DNA from: Candidatus Onthomorpha sp.
GTDB lineage: Bacteria > Bacteroidota > Bacteroidia > Bacteroidales > P3
Assembly: GCA_045656565.1 (NCBI GenBank)
Contig: JAZORH010000013.1
Span: forward strand, 65,968-129,967
DNA: 64,000 nt
Direction of reading: 5' to 3'
Made by a program: the position numbers and the translations under genes. Each line of letters opens with the position of its first letter. Position 1 is the first letter of the stretch. This document shows positions 10,398-21,999 of the stretch, in pieces. The notes under the pieces are model-generated. The model was not told where the DNA came from. It worked only from the letters and a program-made list of their open reading frames with translations, and ran no database searches.

Positions 10398-10694
10398 AAT
10401 AATTTATTTTAAAAGTTTAACCATTTATTTTACGAGGCAAAAATATGTTGTTTGAATTAAACTACAAGCAAAGTTGGTATTATAATTTCTTATATAGCAC
10501 TATAAAATTTTACATAACCAACTCATTACAACCATATTAAGATAGCACGTCTCAAAACCTCAACTCTACTAATTATTTCGCAATTTAGATGAATTTAATG
10601 CAAATCTTGACACAATCAAACATCGTTTCTGCATATAAAATTCAAAGAAATCCACAATATAAAAAGAAACATAGTCGTTTTGTCCTTGTAATAA

Positions 10695-11798
10695 ATGAAT
10701 ATGAAACGAATTTGCGTAAGCGTAAGTAATGATTTGGTGTTCGACAACAGGGTTTCAAAAACTTGTAAATCCCTTGTCGATTGCGGACTTTCAGTACATT
10801 TGATAGGTAGAGTATTCAATCGCAACTCCAAGTCTTTGAACAGAAATTACGACTGCAAACGTTTATATATTCATTTCAGAAAAAACGCCATCTATTATGC
10901 AGAACTCAACACCAAACTTTTCTTTCACCTTCTCTTTACCAAACAAGACATACTCTGGGCTAACGATTTAGACACTTTGTTGCCGAATTGGTTGGTTGCA
11001 AAATTGAAAAGAAAGCCTCTAATCTTCGATTCCCACGAACATTTTACCCAAGTGCCAGAATTGAAAGAAAATCCATTTGCTAAAAAGGTTTGGAAGTGGG
11101 TAGAAAAAGTTTGTATAAAGGATTGCAAGGCTGTTTTCACGGTATGCAATCCAATCAAGGACTATTTCAAACAAGAATATGGCAAAGATAGTCTTATTGT
11201 CAGAAACATACCATCTAAAAACGCCATCACAGAAGAAAACATCAGTGCAGCGGATAAAGAAAACCTCTTAGTATGGCAAGGTGCTGTCAATGTAGAAAGA
11301 GGCTTGGAAGAGTTATGTGAGGCGATGAAGTATGTAGATGCTCGTTTGGTGATAATGGGTGAGGGTGATATAAAGTCCGATTTAGAGAACAAAATTCAAC
11401 AATGGGGATTAAGCGACAAGGTTTCTTTTCTTGGAAAACTACCTTTTGAACAAATGATGGAGCAAACCAAGAAAGCAAAACTAGCAATCTCCATAGACAA
11501 AGATACAAACGGTAATTACGCAATCAGTTTGCCTAACAAAATTTTTGAATACATAGATGCAGCCGTACCTGTATTGGTTTCACCATTGCAAGAAATTAAA
11601 ACCATTGTAGAGAAATATGAAACCGGGGTATTTATTCGTTCATACGATGCAAAGGAATTAGGGAAGCAGATTTCGAAATTACTTTCTGATAACAACAAAC
11701 TTGATTTGATTGCAGAGAATTGCCGAAAAGCAGCCACAGAACTTTGTTGGGAAAACGAAGAAGAAAAGATTTTTGAAACCATAAAAAGATTAGATTAA
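10695..11798 (+). CDS. Glycosyltransferase, GT-B fold (GT4-like)
   Basis: 367 aa. The C-terminal half carries the GT1/GT4 EX7E-type region (PNKIFEYIDAAVPVLVS), and the N-terminal half resembles a GT4 domain. Confidence 0.7.
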   Translation: MNMKRICVSVSNDLVFDNRVSKTCKSLVDCGLSVHLIGRVFNRNSKSLNRNYDCKRLYIHFRKNAIYYAELNTKLFFHLLFTKQDILWANDLDTLLPNWLVAKLKRKPLIFDSHEHFTQVPELKENPFAKKVWKWVEKVCIKDCKAVFTVCNPIKDYFKQEYGKDSLIVRNIPSKNAITEENISAADKENLLVWQGAVNVERGLEELCEAMKYVDARLVIMGEGDIKSDLENKIQQWGLSDKVSFLGKLPFEQMMEQTKKAKLAISIDKDTNGNYAISLPNKIFEYIDAAVPVLVSPLQEIKTIVEKYETGVFIRSYDAKELGKQISKLLSDNNKLDLIAENCRKAATELCWENEEEKIFETIKRLD

Positions 11799-11802
11799 CT
11801 CC

Positions 11803-12675
11803 ATGCTTTCAATCCTTATACCAATTTATAATGAGAATTGCACCAAGCTTGTTTCCGATTTATTGGAACAAGCAAAGAAGCTTTCATATCCTTATGAAAT
11901 ATTGGTATTTGACGATTGTTCTCCAATAAAGCATAAAGAAAACACAACCATATCTCAATTTGAAGGCGTAGAATTTAGAGAAATACCACAGAATCTTGGT
12001 CGTTCAAAAATAAGAAACCATTTAGCCGATTGTGCAAAAGGAGATATCCTTTTATTTTTAGATGGCGATAGTGGGATTGTTAGAGATGATTTCTTGGAAT
12101 GTTATTTGAGGGAAATCAAATCAAGCGATGTTGTTCGCGGAGGCACGGTTTATTGTTCCAAAGAAAAAGTCGGTAAAGATTATATGCTACATTGGAAATA
12201 TGGAACAAAGGTAGAATCGAACAGAAAGATACAAGGAGAAAATATGTTCACAACCAACAATTTCTGTTTGAGAAAAGAAGTATTTTCTTCTGCAAGATTT
12301 GAAGAAAAAATCAAGGGTTACGGCCACGAAGACACTCTGTTCAAATTTGAAATCGACAAACAAGGATTTTCTTTCAAAAACATAGACAATCCTGTTGAAC
12401 ATTTGGGGCTCAAAGACTTCGATTCCTTCATTCAATCCACAGATAACGCTGTCCAAAATCTGAAAAAACTATACGCAAACGAAGAATTCAAACACCAATT
12501 AGAGAATTTGAAGATGATAAAAGCCGGTAAGATTTTAAGAAAATTTCATTTCATCGGATTATATGCCTTATTCTTCAAAGTAACAAAACCTCTTATGCTT
12601 TGCTTACTTCGTTCCAAAAATCCGAATCTAAGAGTGCTTAATTTGTATAAACTAGGCGTATTCTGCAAGGCTTAA
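11803..12675 (+). CDS. Glycosyltransferase family 2
   Basis: MLSILIPIYNE...VFDDCS...FLDGDS are the GT2 (GT-A) signature motifs, including DxD. It is separated from the upstream GT by 4 nt. Confidence 0.8.
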   Translation: MLSILIPIYNENCTKLVSDLLEQAKKLSYPYEILVFDDCSPIKHKENTTISQFEGVEFREIPQNLGRSKIRNHLADCAKGDILLFLDGDSGIVRDDFLECYLREIKSSDVVRGGTVYCSKEKVGKDYMLHWKYGTKVESNRKIQGENMFTTNNFCLRKEVFSSARFEEKIKGYGHEDTLFKFEIDKQGFSFKNIDNPVEHLGLKDFDSFIQSTDNAVQNLKKLYANEEFKHQLENLKMIKAGKILRKFHFIGLYALFFKVTKPLMLCLLRSKNPNLRVLNLYKLGVFCKA

Positions 12676-12754
12676 TTTAGAGTTATAAAACAAAAATAAA
12701 AGCGACTGAACACATAAGAATCAGCCGCTTTTTGTTAAATAACTAAATCTTTTC

Positions 12755-13789
12755 TTAGTTTTTAATCACTTTTCTTACTATTATATTTTCGCCAAAGTAA
12801 AGATTCAAAAAATATATTCCCTTTGGCAAATCGCCAATGTTGATTGTATTTGTATTTTCAAAAGTTTTAACACTCTTGCCACCTAAATCAACAACATCAA
12901 TTTTTTCAATCAATCTATCGAAATTAAGTCTATCTGTTGTCGGATTAGGATACACAGAAATATTTTCTAATTCCAAAACCTCATCTTCCAAACCTACTCC
13001 ATCACATTTTTCTATTATTTGAACAAAATTATCATTCCAAAGAGAAGAAGCATATGCTGCCAAACTACCACAAGGAACCGTCAAAACAGCATTTTCACTT
13101 ATTCCATCCGAAGGGTCTCCTACTCTGAAAGTATGAGATTCTATTGTCGGAGGTGTTGGATTCAAACAAATAACTTCTTGTAAGCTATCACAAGGAGTAA
13201 ATACCATGCCTCCAATTCTTCGAAGGCTTGTAGGGAATGTAATAGATGTCAAGCTATAACAGCTTTGGAAGGCATAATCTCTTATCTCTGCAATATTAAC
13301 TCCTAAATTTATTTGAGTTAAGTTTTGACAAAACTGAAAGCATTGTTTGCTTATGTAAGTTAATCCACTGCCTATATTAACATCTCTCAAAGAAATACAC
13401 TTAAAAAACGCTCTCTCACCAAGACTAACCACACTATTAGGAATATCAATCGCCTCTAAAGCTTCGCAATAACAGAAGGCTTCATCACCAATCGTAGTAA
13501 CAGTTTCTGGAATACTTACTTTTGCCAAACGAAGCTTAAGATAAAAAGTTGGAATATAACAACCCACTGAATTAACACCACCAGTTATCTTAGTAACTGT
13601 ATAAGTCTTTTCATTAAATATTACTGTTGGCGGAATAACCACATTAGATACTGTATCCACACAATGAACCACTTCTACCTCATTTGAATTTATTACAGAG
13701 TATGTTAATACTCCATCAATAAATTGAACTTGTGCCGTAAGCACATTTGCACACAAAATAGCACAAACAAGTAATGCAATCTTTTTCAT
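12755..13789 (-). CDS. BspA-like leucine-rich-repeat surface protein with T9SS C-terminal sorting domain
   Basis: It has a signal peptide and repeated IP.SV..IG..AF..C..L units. The C-terminal VYPNPTTDRLNF...LPKGIYFLNLYF...VRKVIKN is a type-A Por/T9SS tail. Confidence 0.8.
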   Translation of the reverse strand: MKKIALLVCAILCANVLTAQVQFIDGVLTYSVINSNEVEVVHCVDTVSNVVIPPTVIFNEKTYTVTKITGGVNSVGCYIPTFYLKLRLAKVSIPETVTTIGDEAFCYCEALEAIDIPNSVVSLGERAFFKCISLRDVNIGSGLTYISKQCFQFCQNLTQINLGVNIAEIRDYAFQSCYSLTSITFPTSLRRIGGMVFTPCDSLQEVICLNPTPPTIESHTFRVGDPSDGISENAVLTVPCGSLAAYASSLWNDNFVQIIEKCDGVGLEDEVLELENISVYPNPTTDRLNFDRLIEKIDVVDLGGKSVKTFENTNTINIGDLPKGIYFLNLYFGENIIVRKVIKN

Positions 13790-13875
13790 TGTTCTTAGTT
13801 TTTGTTATTTTTAATTTTCTTTGTGTTAAAGACACTAAAAATATCAAAAACGTTTTCTTTATTTGTGTTTTCTTC

Positions 13876-14592
13876 CTATTCCAAGTCGAAAATTTGGAAA
13901 TTGAGAGTTGTCAAATCAAAACACAATAGTTTATCTTCAAGTTCCGATTTACCATTTACAAGAAAGCGTATTGCCTCATTTGTTGCCAAAGTTGCAGCAA
14001 GAGAAGGCAACGTACCGATTACTGCTTTACTTGAATTTTCTTTTTGTTTCAACTCATCTTCATTTGGAAAGAGCGTTCTGTAATTTGCTTTTCCATTATT
14101 GGGTTCAAAAAACGCAACCTGCCCGCTTGTTTCGCTTATAGCGCAATAAACAAACGGTTTCTTCAATCTTTGACACACATCATTGATTAGGTATCTCGCT
14201 TTGAAATTATCTGTTGCGTCCATCACCAAATCATATTCCGATATTATCTTCTCTGCATTTTCCTCGTTCAAAAAGCAATCGAAAACCTCAAATTCACAAT
14301 CCGAATTTAATTCTTTAAGATTCTCGCACGCCATTTCGGCTTTTGACTTCCCCGATTGCTTTTCTCGGTAAAGTATTTGCCTATGTAGATTGCTTAAACT
14401 CACCTTATCACTATCCATTAAGCCGATTTTGCCAACTCCGGCCGCCGTAAGATAAAGCGAAATCACAGAGCCCAAACCGCCAAGTCCTACCACAAGACAC
14501 TTAGATGCCAAAAGACACTCTTGTCCCTTTTCTCCAAAGTTCTCTAATAAGATTTGGCGGTTGTATCTCTTTTTTTGTTCCTCTGATAACAT
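13876..14592 (-). CDS. thiF: ThiF/MoeB/HesA-family adenylyltransferase (ThiS-activating)
   Basis: RYNRQILL..FG..GQ..L....LVVGLGGLGS is the E1-like Rossmann motif. It is the last gene of the thi operon. Confidence 0.8.
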   Translation of the reverse strand: MLSEEQKKRYNRQILLENFGEKGQECLLASKCLVVGLGGLGSVISLYLTAAGVGKIGLMDSDKVSLSNLHRQILYREKQSGKSKAEMACENLKELNSDCEFEVFDCFLNEENAEKIISEYDLVMDATDNFKARYLINDVCQRLKKPFVYCAISETSGQVAFFEPNNGKANYRTLFPNEDELKQKENSSKAVIGTLPSLAATLATNEAIRFLVNGKSELEDKLLCFDLTTLNFQIFDLE

Positions 14593-15707
14593 TAATTCAG
14601 TATTTTATCCCAATCTTTGAAAATAACATCATAGCCTTGTGAGCGAACCATTCTTTCCATCTGCTCAACGCTTCGGTCATCGTTCACATGGAATTGCTCT
14701 TTCTCTATATCAGGATTTGAATAGCCGCCCGGTTCTGTTCGACTTCCTGCACTCATCGAAGTAATCCCGAGACTAACAAAGCGATTCCTCATCTGCTGAG
14801 TTTCTCTTGTTGACATAGTTATTTCAACGTCGTTGTCAAAAAGGCGAAACGCCCATATAATTTGAGCAAATTCTTTTTCATTTATGCAATACGCCGCTTG
14901 GTATCCTCCTGCTGCAGGACGCATTCTTGGAAAGGAAATAGAATATTTTGTTTTCCAATAATTCTTTGTCATAAATCTGAGGTGCATTGCAAGATATGTC
15001 ATCTCAGTACGCCATTCCTCCAAACCAATTAAAGCACCCATTCCAACACGATGCATACCTGCTTGAGCCAAACGTTCAGGCGTTGCCAACCTATACTCAT
15101 AATTGCTCTTCATTCCTTTAGGGTGATAGTGTTTATAGCGGTTTTCGTGATAGGTTTCTTGATAAACATAAACCGAATTGGCTCCTGCTTTAATCAAACG
15201 CTCATATTCATCTTTCTTCATAGGGAAAACCTCTAAGTTAATCGCCGAAAAATAAGGACGACACAACTCAATAGCATGCTCAATGTAAGAAACACCCGCA
15301 TTCTTATGGTTTTCTCCCGTAAGCAAAAGCACATTATCATAACCCATTGCTTTGATAACCTTTATTTCTTCCAAGATTTGTTCATCATTAAGCGTCACCC
15401 TGCACATTTCATTGTTGTGATTAAATCCACAATATATGCAATGGTTGCTACATTCGTTCGAAAGATACATAGGGATATAGAATTGCATCACCTTACCAAA
15501 ACGTTTCTGAGTTATGTTTCGACTCATCTGTGCCATGTGTTCAAGATATTTTTCACCTTTTGGAGAAATTAGTGCCTTGAAATCCTCTATATCCAAACGT
15601 TTTTTTGACAATGCTCTGACAACATCATTTTCTGTTTTAGCATAAATGCTTTCTGTCACATCATTCCAATCAATTGATTTTATGGTATCATAAAACGTTG
15701 TTTTCAT
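14592..15707 (-). CDS. thiH: 2-iminoacetate synthase (tyrosine lyase), radical SAM
   Basis: It has the radical-SAM cluster motif CSNHCIYCGF, a ThiH-like length (371 aa), and sits between thiC and thiF. Confidence 0.85.
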   Translation of the reverse strand: MKTTFYDTIKSIDWNDVTESIYAKTENDVVRALSKKRLDIEDFKALISPKGEKYLEHMAQMSRNITQKRFGKVMQFYIPMYLSNECSNHCIYCGFNHNNEMCRVTLNDEQILEEIKVIKAMGYDNVLLLTGENHKNAGVSYIEHAIELCRPYFSAINLEVFPMKKDEYERLIKAGANSVYVYQETYHENRYKHYHPKGMKSNYEYRLATPERLAQAGMHRVGMGALIGLEEWRTEMTYLAMHLRFMTKNYWKTKYSISFPRMRPAAGGYQAAYCINEKEFAQIIWAFRLFDNDVEITMSTRETQQMRNRFVSLGITSMSAGSRTEPGGYSNPDIEKEQFHVNDDRSVEQMERMVRSQGYDVIFKDWDKILN

Positions 15708-17468
<1,761 letters not shown>

Positions 17469-17489
17469 TTAATTAAACATATCTTTGAT

Positions 17490-18263
17490 TTAGAAATTCA
17501 AAAATTCAGTTAGAGGCGATGAGGCCTGAGCTGATTGAAACACAGTAGCCAATCCGCTTTCGTAAGCTTGTCTTCCTGCTTCCACTGCCTTAGAAAAGGC
17601 TTCTGCCATTTGAATTGGATTGCCGGCAATTGCGATTGCAGTATTCACAAGCACTGCATCGGCACCCATTTCCATTGCTTCAGCGGCATGACTTGGTGCT
17701 CCAATACCTGCATCTATTACAACAGGCACATTACTTTGGTCTATTATTATTTCCAAAAGCTCTTTTGTAACCAATCCTTTGTTGGTTCCGATTGGTGCAG
17801 CCAAAGGCATGACTGTTGCAACGCCAACTTCTTCCAATTGTTTGCAGAGTATAGGATCTGCTTGCACGTATGGCAAAACGATAAAGCCGTCTTTCACCAA
17901 TATTTCGGCAGCTCGCAATGTCTCTATGGCATCTGGGAAGAGGTGTTTGGGGTCTGGGTGAATTTCAAGCTTCAACCAATTTGTTTGAAGAGCTTCTCGT
18001 GCCATCTGAGCGGCGAAAACAGCTTCTTCTGCAGTTCTTACGCCCGATGTATTAGGCAATAAGATTACTTCATTCCTGTCTATGTGTGCCAACATATCAT
18101 CTTGCTCTGCGTTTTCTATGTTTACACGTTTCATTGCGGTGGTTACCATTTGCGTTTTTGAAGCTTTGATAGCTTTACCCATTATTTCATTTGAAGGAAA
18201 CTTTCCTGTACCCAAGAATAATCTCGATTCAAATGTATGTCCTGCTATTACTAATTTGTCCAT
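17490..18263 (-). CDS. thiG: Thiazole synthase
   Basis: [22 protein letters not shown]...LLPNTSG...VMPL.APIGTN.G...IIDAGIG.PS.AA.AME.G.DAVL.NTAIA is canonical ThiG. Confidence 0.95.
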   Translation of the reverse strand: MDKLVIAGHTFESRLFLGTGKFPSNEIMGKAIKASKTQMVTTAMKRVNIENAEQDDMLAHIDRNEVILLPNTSGVRTAEEAVFAAQMAREALQTNWLKLEIHPDPKHLFPDAIETLRAAEILVKDGFIVLPYVQADPILCKQLEEVGVATVMPLAAPIGTNKGLVTKELLEIIIDQSNVPVVIDAGIGAPSHAAEAMEMGADAVLVNTAIAIAGNPIQMAEAFSKAVEAGRQAYESGLATVFQSAQASSPLTEFLNF

Positions 18264-18283
18264 ATTTAATATCGTTTTAATTA

Positions 18284-18360
18284 GTCTTTGTTTTAATTTT
18301 ATATTTCTTTGTTTTAATTTTCTAAAACTTGATTTTATTTTTCCAATTCTTCGTTTTATT
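18284..18360 (-). repeat. thiE-thiG spacer made of four 21-nt units (same family)
   Basis: Units start at 18284, 18305, about 18325 and 18347. The last overlaps the thiE stop codon at 18356-18358. Confidence 0.8.
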
Positions 18361-18988
18361 TTGCCGAATCTTTTATTCGCTGAAACAGCTCTTTGATTGT
18401 GTTTTGAGGATTTGAAGCTTCCAAAATCAGTGATGAAATAGCAATTCCATAAACGCCTGTTTCCATTATCTGATTCACGTCTTCGAGTCTTATTCCTCCT
18501 ATTGCGTAAATCGGCAATTCAATATCCATCTGCCTACATTGTTGCATTATATCTTTGTAACCCTGTATCCCTAATATCGGACTTAGCTTTTCTTTTGTCT
18601 GAGTAAAACGAAAGGGGCCTAAACCTACATAATCGGCAGATAATTCTTTTGCTTGTTGTATTTGTTCAAAATTATTGCAAGTCAATCCGACTATTTGATT
18701 ATCCTTAATCTTTGTTTTGACAGATTTAATGTTCTCGTCGTTTTGTCCGATATGCACTCCGTCAAAACCAAGAGAGCTTGCCAAATCCGCATTGTCGTTC
18801 ATAATTAAACAAGCTTTGTATTTACTGCACTCTTCCAATAATTCGTAGGCTGTTTGTTTGATTTGCTCAATCGGACTATGCTTCATCCTAAGTTGTATCA
18901 GCCTTATACCATTGTCTAATGCCAATTTAGCACTCTCAATGTAGGAATACTTCTCATTTGTGTGCGTTATAAAATATATTCTATCCAT
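18356..18988 (-). CDS. thiE: Thiamine-phosphate synthase
   Basis: MDRIYFITH...IQLRMK...NDN.DLA...DGVHIGQND...GLGPF.FT.TK...AIGGI. The start is taken at 18988, 2 nt after the stop of the upstream paralog. Confidence 0.85.
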   Translation of the reverse strand: MDRIYFITHTNEKYSYIESAKLALDNGIRLIQLRMKHSPIEQIKQTAYELLEECSKYKACLIMNDNADLASSLGFDGVHIGQNDENIKSVKTKIKDNQIVGLTCNNFEQIQQAKELSADYVGLGPFRFTQTKEKLSPILGIQGYKDIMQQCRQMDIELPIYAIGGIRLEDVNQIMETGVYGIAISSLILEASNPQNTIKELFQRIKDSAK

Positions 18989-18990
18989 TT

Positions 18991-19551
18991 CTATCTCTCT
19001 TTTTCTTGCCAAAGACAACCCAACATCGCGGCTGAGGTAAATCCTATTTCTTTTAATTCTGCCAATCGCTCAAAATTCACTCCCGAAAGTGCAAAAACAT
19101 TTCTATCAATCACTCCTTGCTCAACGGCTTTTTTTAATTCAGTTTTTGAAAACCTCGACTCATATCCTTCTTTGCTTATACTATTATATATAGGCGAGAG
19201 AAAGACATAATCACACTTGGTTTTCCATTGCCTAACCTCGGCAAGAGTATGACAACTTCTGCTTATCCTACCTTGAAAGCCTATGGGAATTTCATAATTA
19301 TTGCGTTGGTTAAGATGCACTCCGCCTATCTGCAACTCTTTTGCCAATTCGGTGCAATCATGCACAGACAAACGCTTTCTTATTTCAAGTGGCAAGTCTT
19401 CAAACCAATGCAACATTTGTTTTTTATCAAATTCGGGTTTACGAATATGAAAATACTCAATCGTATTGCTTTGTAGCAGCGAAGTGATTATTTGTTTTTC
19501 CTTTACCGAATCCTCATAATGAGGGAGGGTTATTCCTATCAACCGCCACAT
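18991..19551 (-). CDS. ThiE-family (TenI-like) thiamine-phosphate synthase paralog
   Basis: 186 aa with a TIM-barrel ThiE/TenI-like pattern (FHIRKP...GGVHLNQRN...SCH...DYVFLSPIY.S.SK.GY...ALSGV). Its start overlaps the thiS stop. Confidence 0.65.
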   Translation of the reverse strand: MWRLIGITLPHYEDSVKEKQIITSLLQSNTIEYFHIRKPEFDKKQMLHWFEDLPLEIRKRLSVHDCTELAKELQIGGVHLNQRNNYEIPIGFQGRISRSCHTLAEVRQWKTKCDYVFLSPIYNSISKEGYESRFSKTELKKAVEQGVIDRNVFALSGVNFERLAELKEIGFTSAAMLGCLWQEKER

Positions 19552-19739
19552 GTTGCTTTAATGATAGTTACATTATCCCCTTCGCACAATTGGGTTTCAG
19601 CCCATAGAGCCTTTTTAATAACTTTCATTCCTACCGCAACAGCAAAACCGTCTGTGGAATTCATAGTTTGTCTAAGCATTTGTTCGATTGTGCAATTTTC
19701 TTCTAAGATTGTCTCTTTTTTATTCACAAATACTTTCAT
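19539..19739 (-). CDS. thiS: Sulfur-carrier protein ThiS
   Basis: 66 aa with a ubiquitin-like fold, ending in the obligatory C-terminal GG (..IIKATCGG). Confidence 0.85.
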   Translation of the reverse strand: MKVFVNKKETILEENCTIEQMLRQTMNSTDGFAVAVGMKVIKKALWAETQLCEGDNVTIIKATCGG

Positions 19740-20574
19740 CGATTATAAGTTTTTGAGGATTGTAAAAATGATTCAATGCTCCATGTCCTTGTCCTAGGAA
19801 AACATCTTTTGCATTTTCAACAGCATCATGAACAAAGATTGTAGCTTTTTCAACAGCCTCTTTGATTGAACAGCCTATTGAACAATAAGATGCAATTGCT
19901 GAGGAAAGCGTACAGCCTGTTCCATGTGTATTTTTGCTATCCACTTTTTCGGAAATGATTTCTGAGAAAATCATCTCTCCATTTTGATTTTGCAAAAACA
20001 CATTTTTTAATTTCCTACCTTGCAAATGACCGCCTTTTATCAAAACAGCCTTAGCTCCAAGTCCGACTATGATTTCGGCAACTCGCCTCATATCATCTTC
20101 ATTCTTAATCTGACCTGCTCCGGATAACATTTCTGCTTCATGAAGATTAGGTGTTACTAAACTAGCGATAGGGAACAGATGCTTTATCATCGCATCTTTT
20201 AGGCTGTGAGACGACAAACTATTTCCACTGGTTGCAATCATAACCGGATCAAGTATGATTTCACCTTTGAAATTGTTTGATACAATGGACTCAGCCACCG
20301 CTTCAACAACATCATCGCTGTAAAGCATTCCGATTTTCATTGCTTTAATCGGCAAATCCTTCAACACAGCATCTATTTGTCCCCTTATAATCGATTGGGG
20401 TAAAGGAAGAATATCATAAACCCCCATTGTGTTTTGGCAGGTAATTGCCGTAATACACGTAGTTCCGAATACACCTAAGGCAGACATCGTTTTCAAGTCG
20501 GCTTGTACGCCGGCACCGCCCGAACTGTCGGAACCAGCTACACTGATAGCCATGTGAACGTTCTTCATCATCAA
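19720..20574 (-). CDS. thiD: Hydroxymethylpyrimidine / phosphomethylpyrimidine kinase
   Basis: ISVAGSDSSGGAGVQADLKT....G.......TA.T.QNT, and the C-terminal THGTGCTLSSAIA, are hallmark ThiD motifs. Confidence 0.9.
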   Translation of the reverse strand: MMMKNVHMAISVAGSDSSGGAGVQADLKTMSALGVFGTTCITAITCQNTMGVYDILPLPQSIIRGQIDAVLKDLPIKAMKIGMLYSDDVVEAVAESIVSNNFKGEIILDPVMIATSGNSLSSHSLKDAMIKHLFPIASLVTPNLHEAEMLSGAGQIKNEDDMRRVAEIIVGLGAKAVLIKGGHLQGRKLKNVFLQNQNGEMIFSEIISEKVDSKNTHGTGCTLSSAIASYCSIGCSIKEAVEKATIFVHDAVENAKDVFLGQGHGALNHFYNPQKLIIDESICE

Positions 20575-20640
20575 TAGATTTTTTTTGTTACTAGAAAAAA
20601 AACTCTGATTTCAACACGAACAATTCCAAAATAAAAAATA

Positions 20641-20720
20641 GGTGGAGAGAAATTCCCGCTTCGCATTACCGTAACGGTCAAAGGGTATAATCTCAGCCTA
20701 TATAAATATAAGCACCCCAC
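20641..20720 (-). promoter_or_regulatory. TPP (THI-box) riboswitch in the thi operon leader
   Basis: The minus strand reads GUGGGGUGCUUAUAUUUAUAUAGGCUGAGAUUAUACCCUUUGACCGUUACGGUAAUGCGAAGCGGGAAUUUCUCUCCACC. This contains the conserved GGGGUGC, CUGAGA, ACCCUUUGA(A/C)C, UAAUGC and GGGAA elements. It sits between a -7 box and thiD. Confidence 0.9.
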
Positions 20721-20757
20721 ACAATAAACAACATGGATTGTCGTTTTAATCGTAGGG

Positions 20758-20765
20758 CAAAGGTA
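20758..20765 (-). promoter_or_regulatory. -7 promoter element (TACCTTTG) of the thi operon
   Basis: The TAnnTTTG match lies about 38 nt upstream of the riboswitch 5' end. Confidence 0.55.
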
Positions 20766-20902
20766 TAAAAAAAATACAAATCTAAAAAAGATTTTAGTCG
20801 AAACTTTTTTTTTGTAATTTTTATTCCTCTAAACAATTAAGTGATGTTTTTCATCGTTAATTTCAATAAATTGATTAAATAAACTATAACAAAACAAAGA
20901 AA

Positions 20903-21778
20903 ATGAAAAGATTAGTTTTAACAACTGCAATGTTGGTAATGTTCGCATTAACAGCATGTACAAACAAAAAAATGGAAGATCAACTGATCTCACAAAAAGC
21001 TATGAATGATTCAATCGAAGCTGTATTGGCTAGCAAAAACGCAGAAATGGAAATGCTTTTTCAACAGCTAAACGAGATTGAAGAAAGTCTTACAATGGTT
21101 ACAAGTAAGTATGCAGACGTTTCAAAGTTGAAAGACAAGACCGGAGAAGTTAATGCAGACACTCGTAGCCGCATCACTGCACAAATTCAAGATATCAACG
21201 AAATTCTAAATAACAACAAACAAAAAGTTGATAACCTAAACAGCCAATTGAAGAAAAGCGGTAAGAACAACAAAGAATTGACTGCTTTTATCGAAAAATT
21301 GCAAAGCAGAATCACTGAACAAGAAGAAGAAATCCAACTTTTGACAACAGAATTGCAAAAGAAACAAATCGTCATCGAAAATTTGAACAAGAATTTGGAC
21401 GAAATGACCAAACAAAATCAAAGAAAAGATGAGCAAATAATGAGAATAGAAGAAGAAAAGAACACTGCATACTACATAGTTGACATTCGCAAGAATCTAA
21501 TCGACAAGAAAATCATCAATCGTAAAGGTGGATTTTTAGGAATCGGCAGAAGAAGTGCTGTAAGTAGCGATAGCGACATGCAAGCCTATACAAAAATAGA
21601 TATACGCAAGGTTACAGAAATCAAACTTAAAGGAGAAAAAATCAAAATCCTTACAAGCCACCCAAGCAACTCTTATAAGCTAATTGGTGATCAAAAGAAA
21701 CCGACTGCAATACAAATAAGCAATCCATCAGAGTTCTGGCAAAAGAGCAAATTCCTCGTAATCGAAAGCGAAGACTAA
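20903..21778 (+). CDS. Coiled-coil lipoprotein of unknown function
   Basis: The lipobox is LTAC. Residues about 30-185 are heptad-like and rich in E, K, Q, L and N, followed by a globular C-terminal domain. Confidence 0.5.
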   Translation: MKRLVLTTAMLVMFALTACTNKKMEDQLISQKAMNDSIEAVLASKNAEMEMLFQQLNEIEESLTMVTSKYADVSKLKDKTGEVNADTRSRITAQIQDINEILNNNKQKVDNLNSQLKKSGKNNKELTAFIEKLQSRITEQEEEIQLLTTELQKKQIVIENLNKNLDEMTKQNQRKDEQIMRIEEEKNTAYYIVDIRKNLIDKKIINRKGGFLGIGRRSAVSSDSDMQAYTKIDIRKVTEIKLKGEKIKILTSHPSNSYKLIGDQKKPTAIQISNPSEFWQKSKFLVIESED

Positions 21779-21812
21779 GCAGAAATACAGCATAACATAA
21801 TACTTTAATAGG

Positions 21813-21843
21813 GGGAAAATCAGAATTGGTTTTCCCTTTTTTT
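21813..21843 (+). terminator. Rho-independent terminator
   Basis: GGGAAAA-tcagaattgg-TTTTCCC followed by TTTTTTT. Confidence 0.75.
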
Positions 21844-21958
21844 GTTTTCATTTTACCGAAGTCAGGTTTTAGAATTCCCAATTCAAGAAACAAAAAATTC
21901 TTTCTTTGTTTTAGTAAATTATTCCTTAGGATTATTTTGCTAAATCTTTGAATTGTTA

Positions 21959-21966
21959 TATCTTTG
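21959..21966 (+). promoter_or_regulatory. -7 promoter element (TATCTTTG) of the RNA-ligase gene
   Basis: The TAnnTTTG match is 34 nt upstream of the ATG at 22000. It lies inside the TTG-extended ORF, which argues for the 22000 start. Confidence 0.5.
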
Positions 21967-21999
21967 TCTTACAATAAATATAGATTTAAGTTTAATGTT

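Noticed and set aside
21964-21999. Longest-ORF starts for the RNA ligase (TTG at 21964), queA (2663), ispD (1621), the CoA-transferase (29408) and the small secreted protein (42806)
   Set aside because: In each case a TAnnTTTG promoter box or the upstream gene lies inside the extension. An internal ATG then gives the canonical N-terminus or signal peptide.
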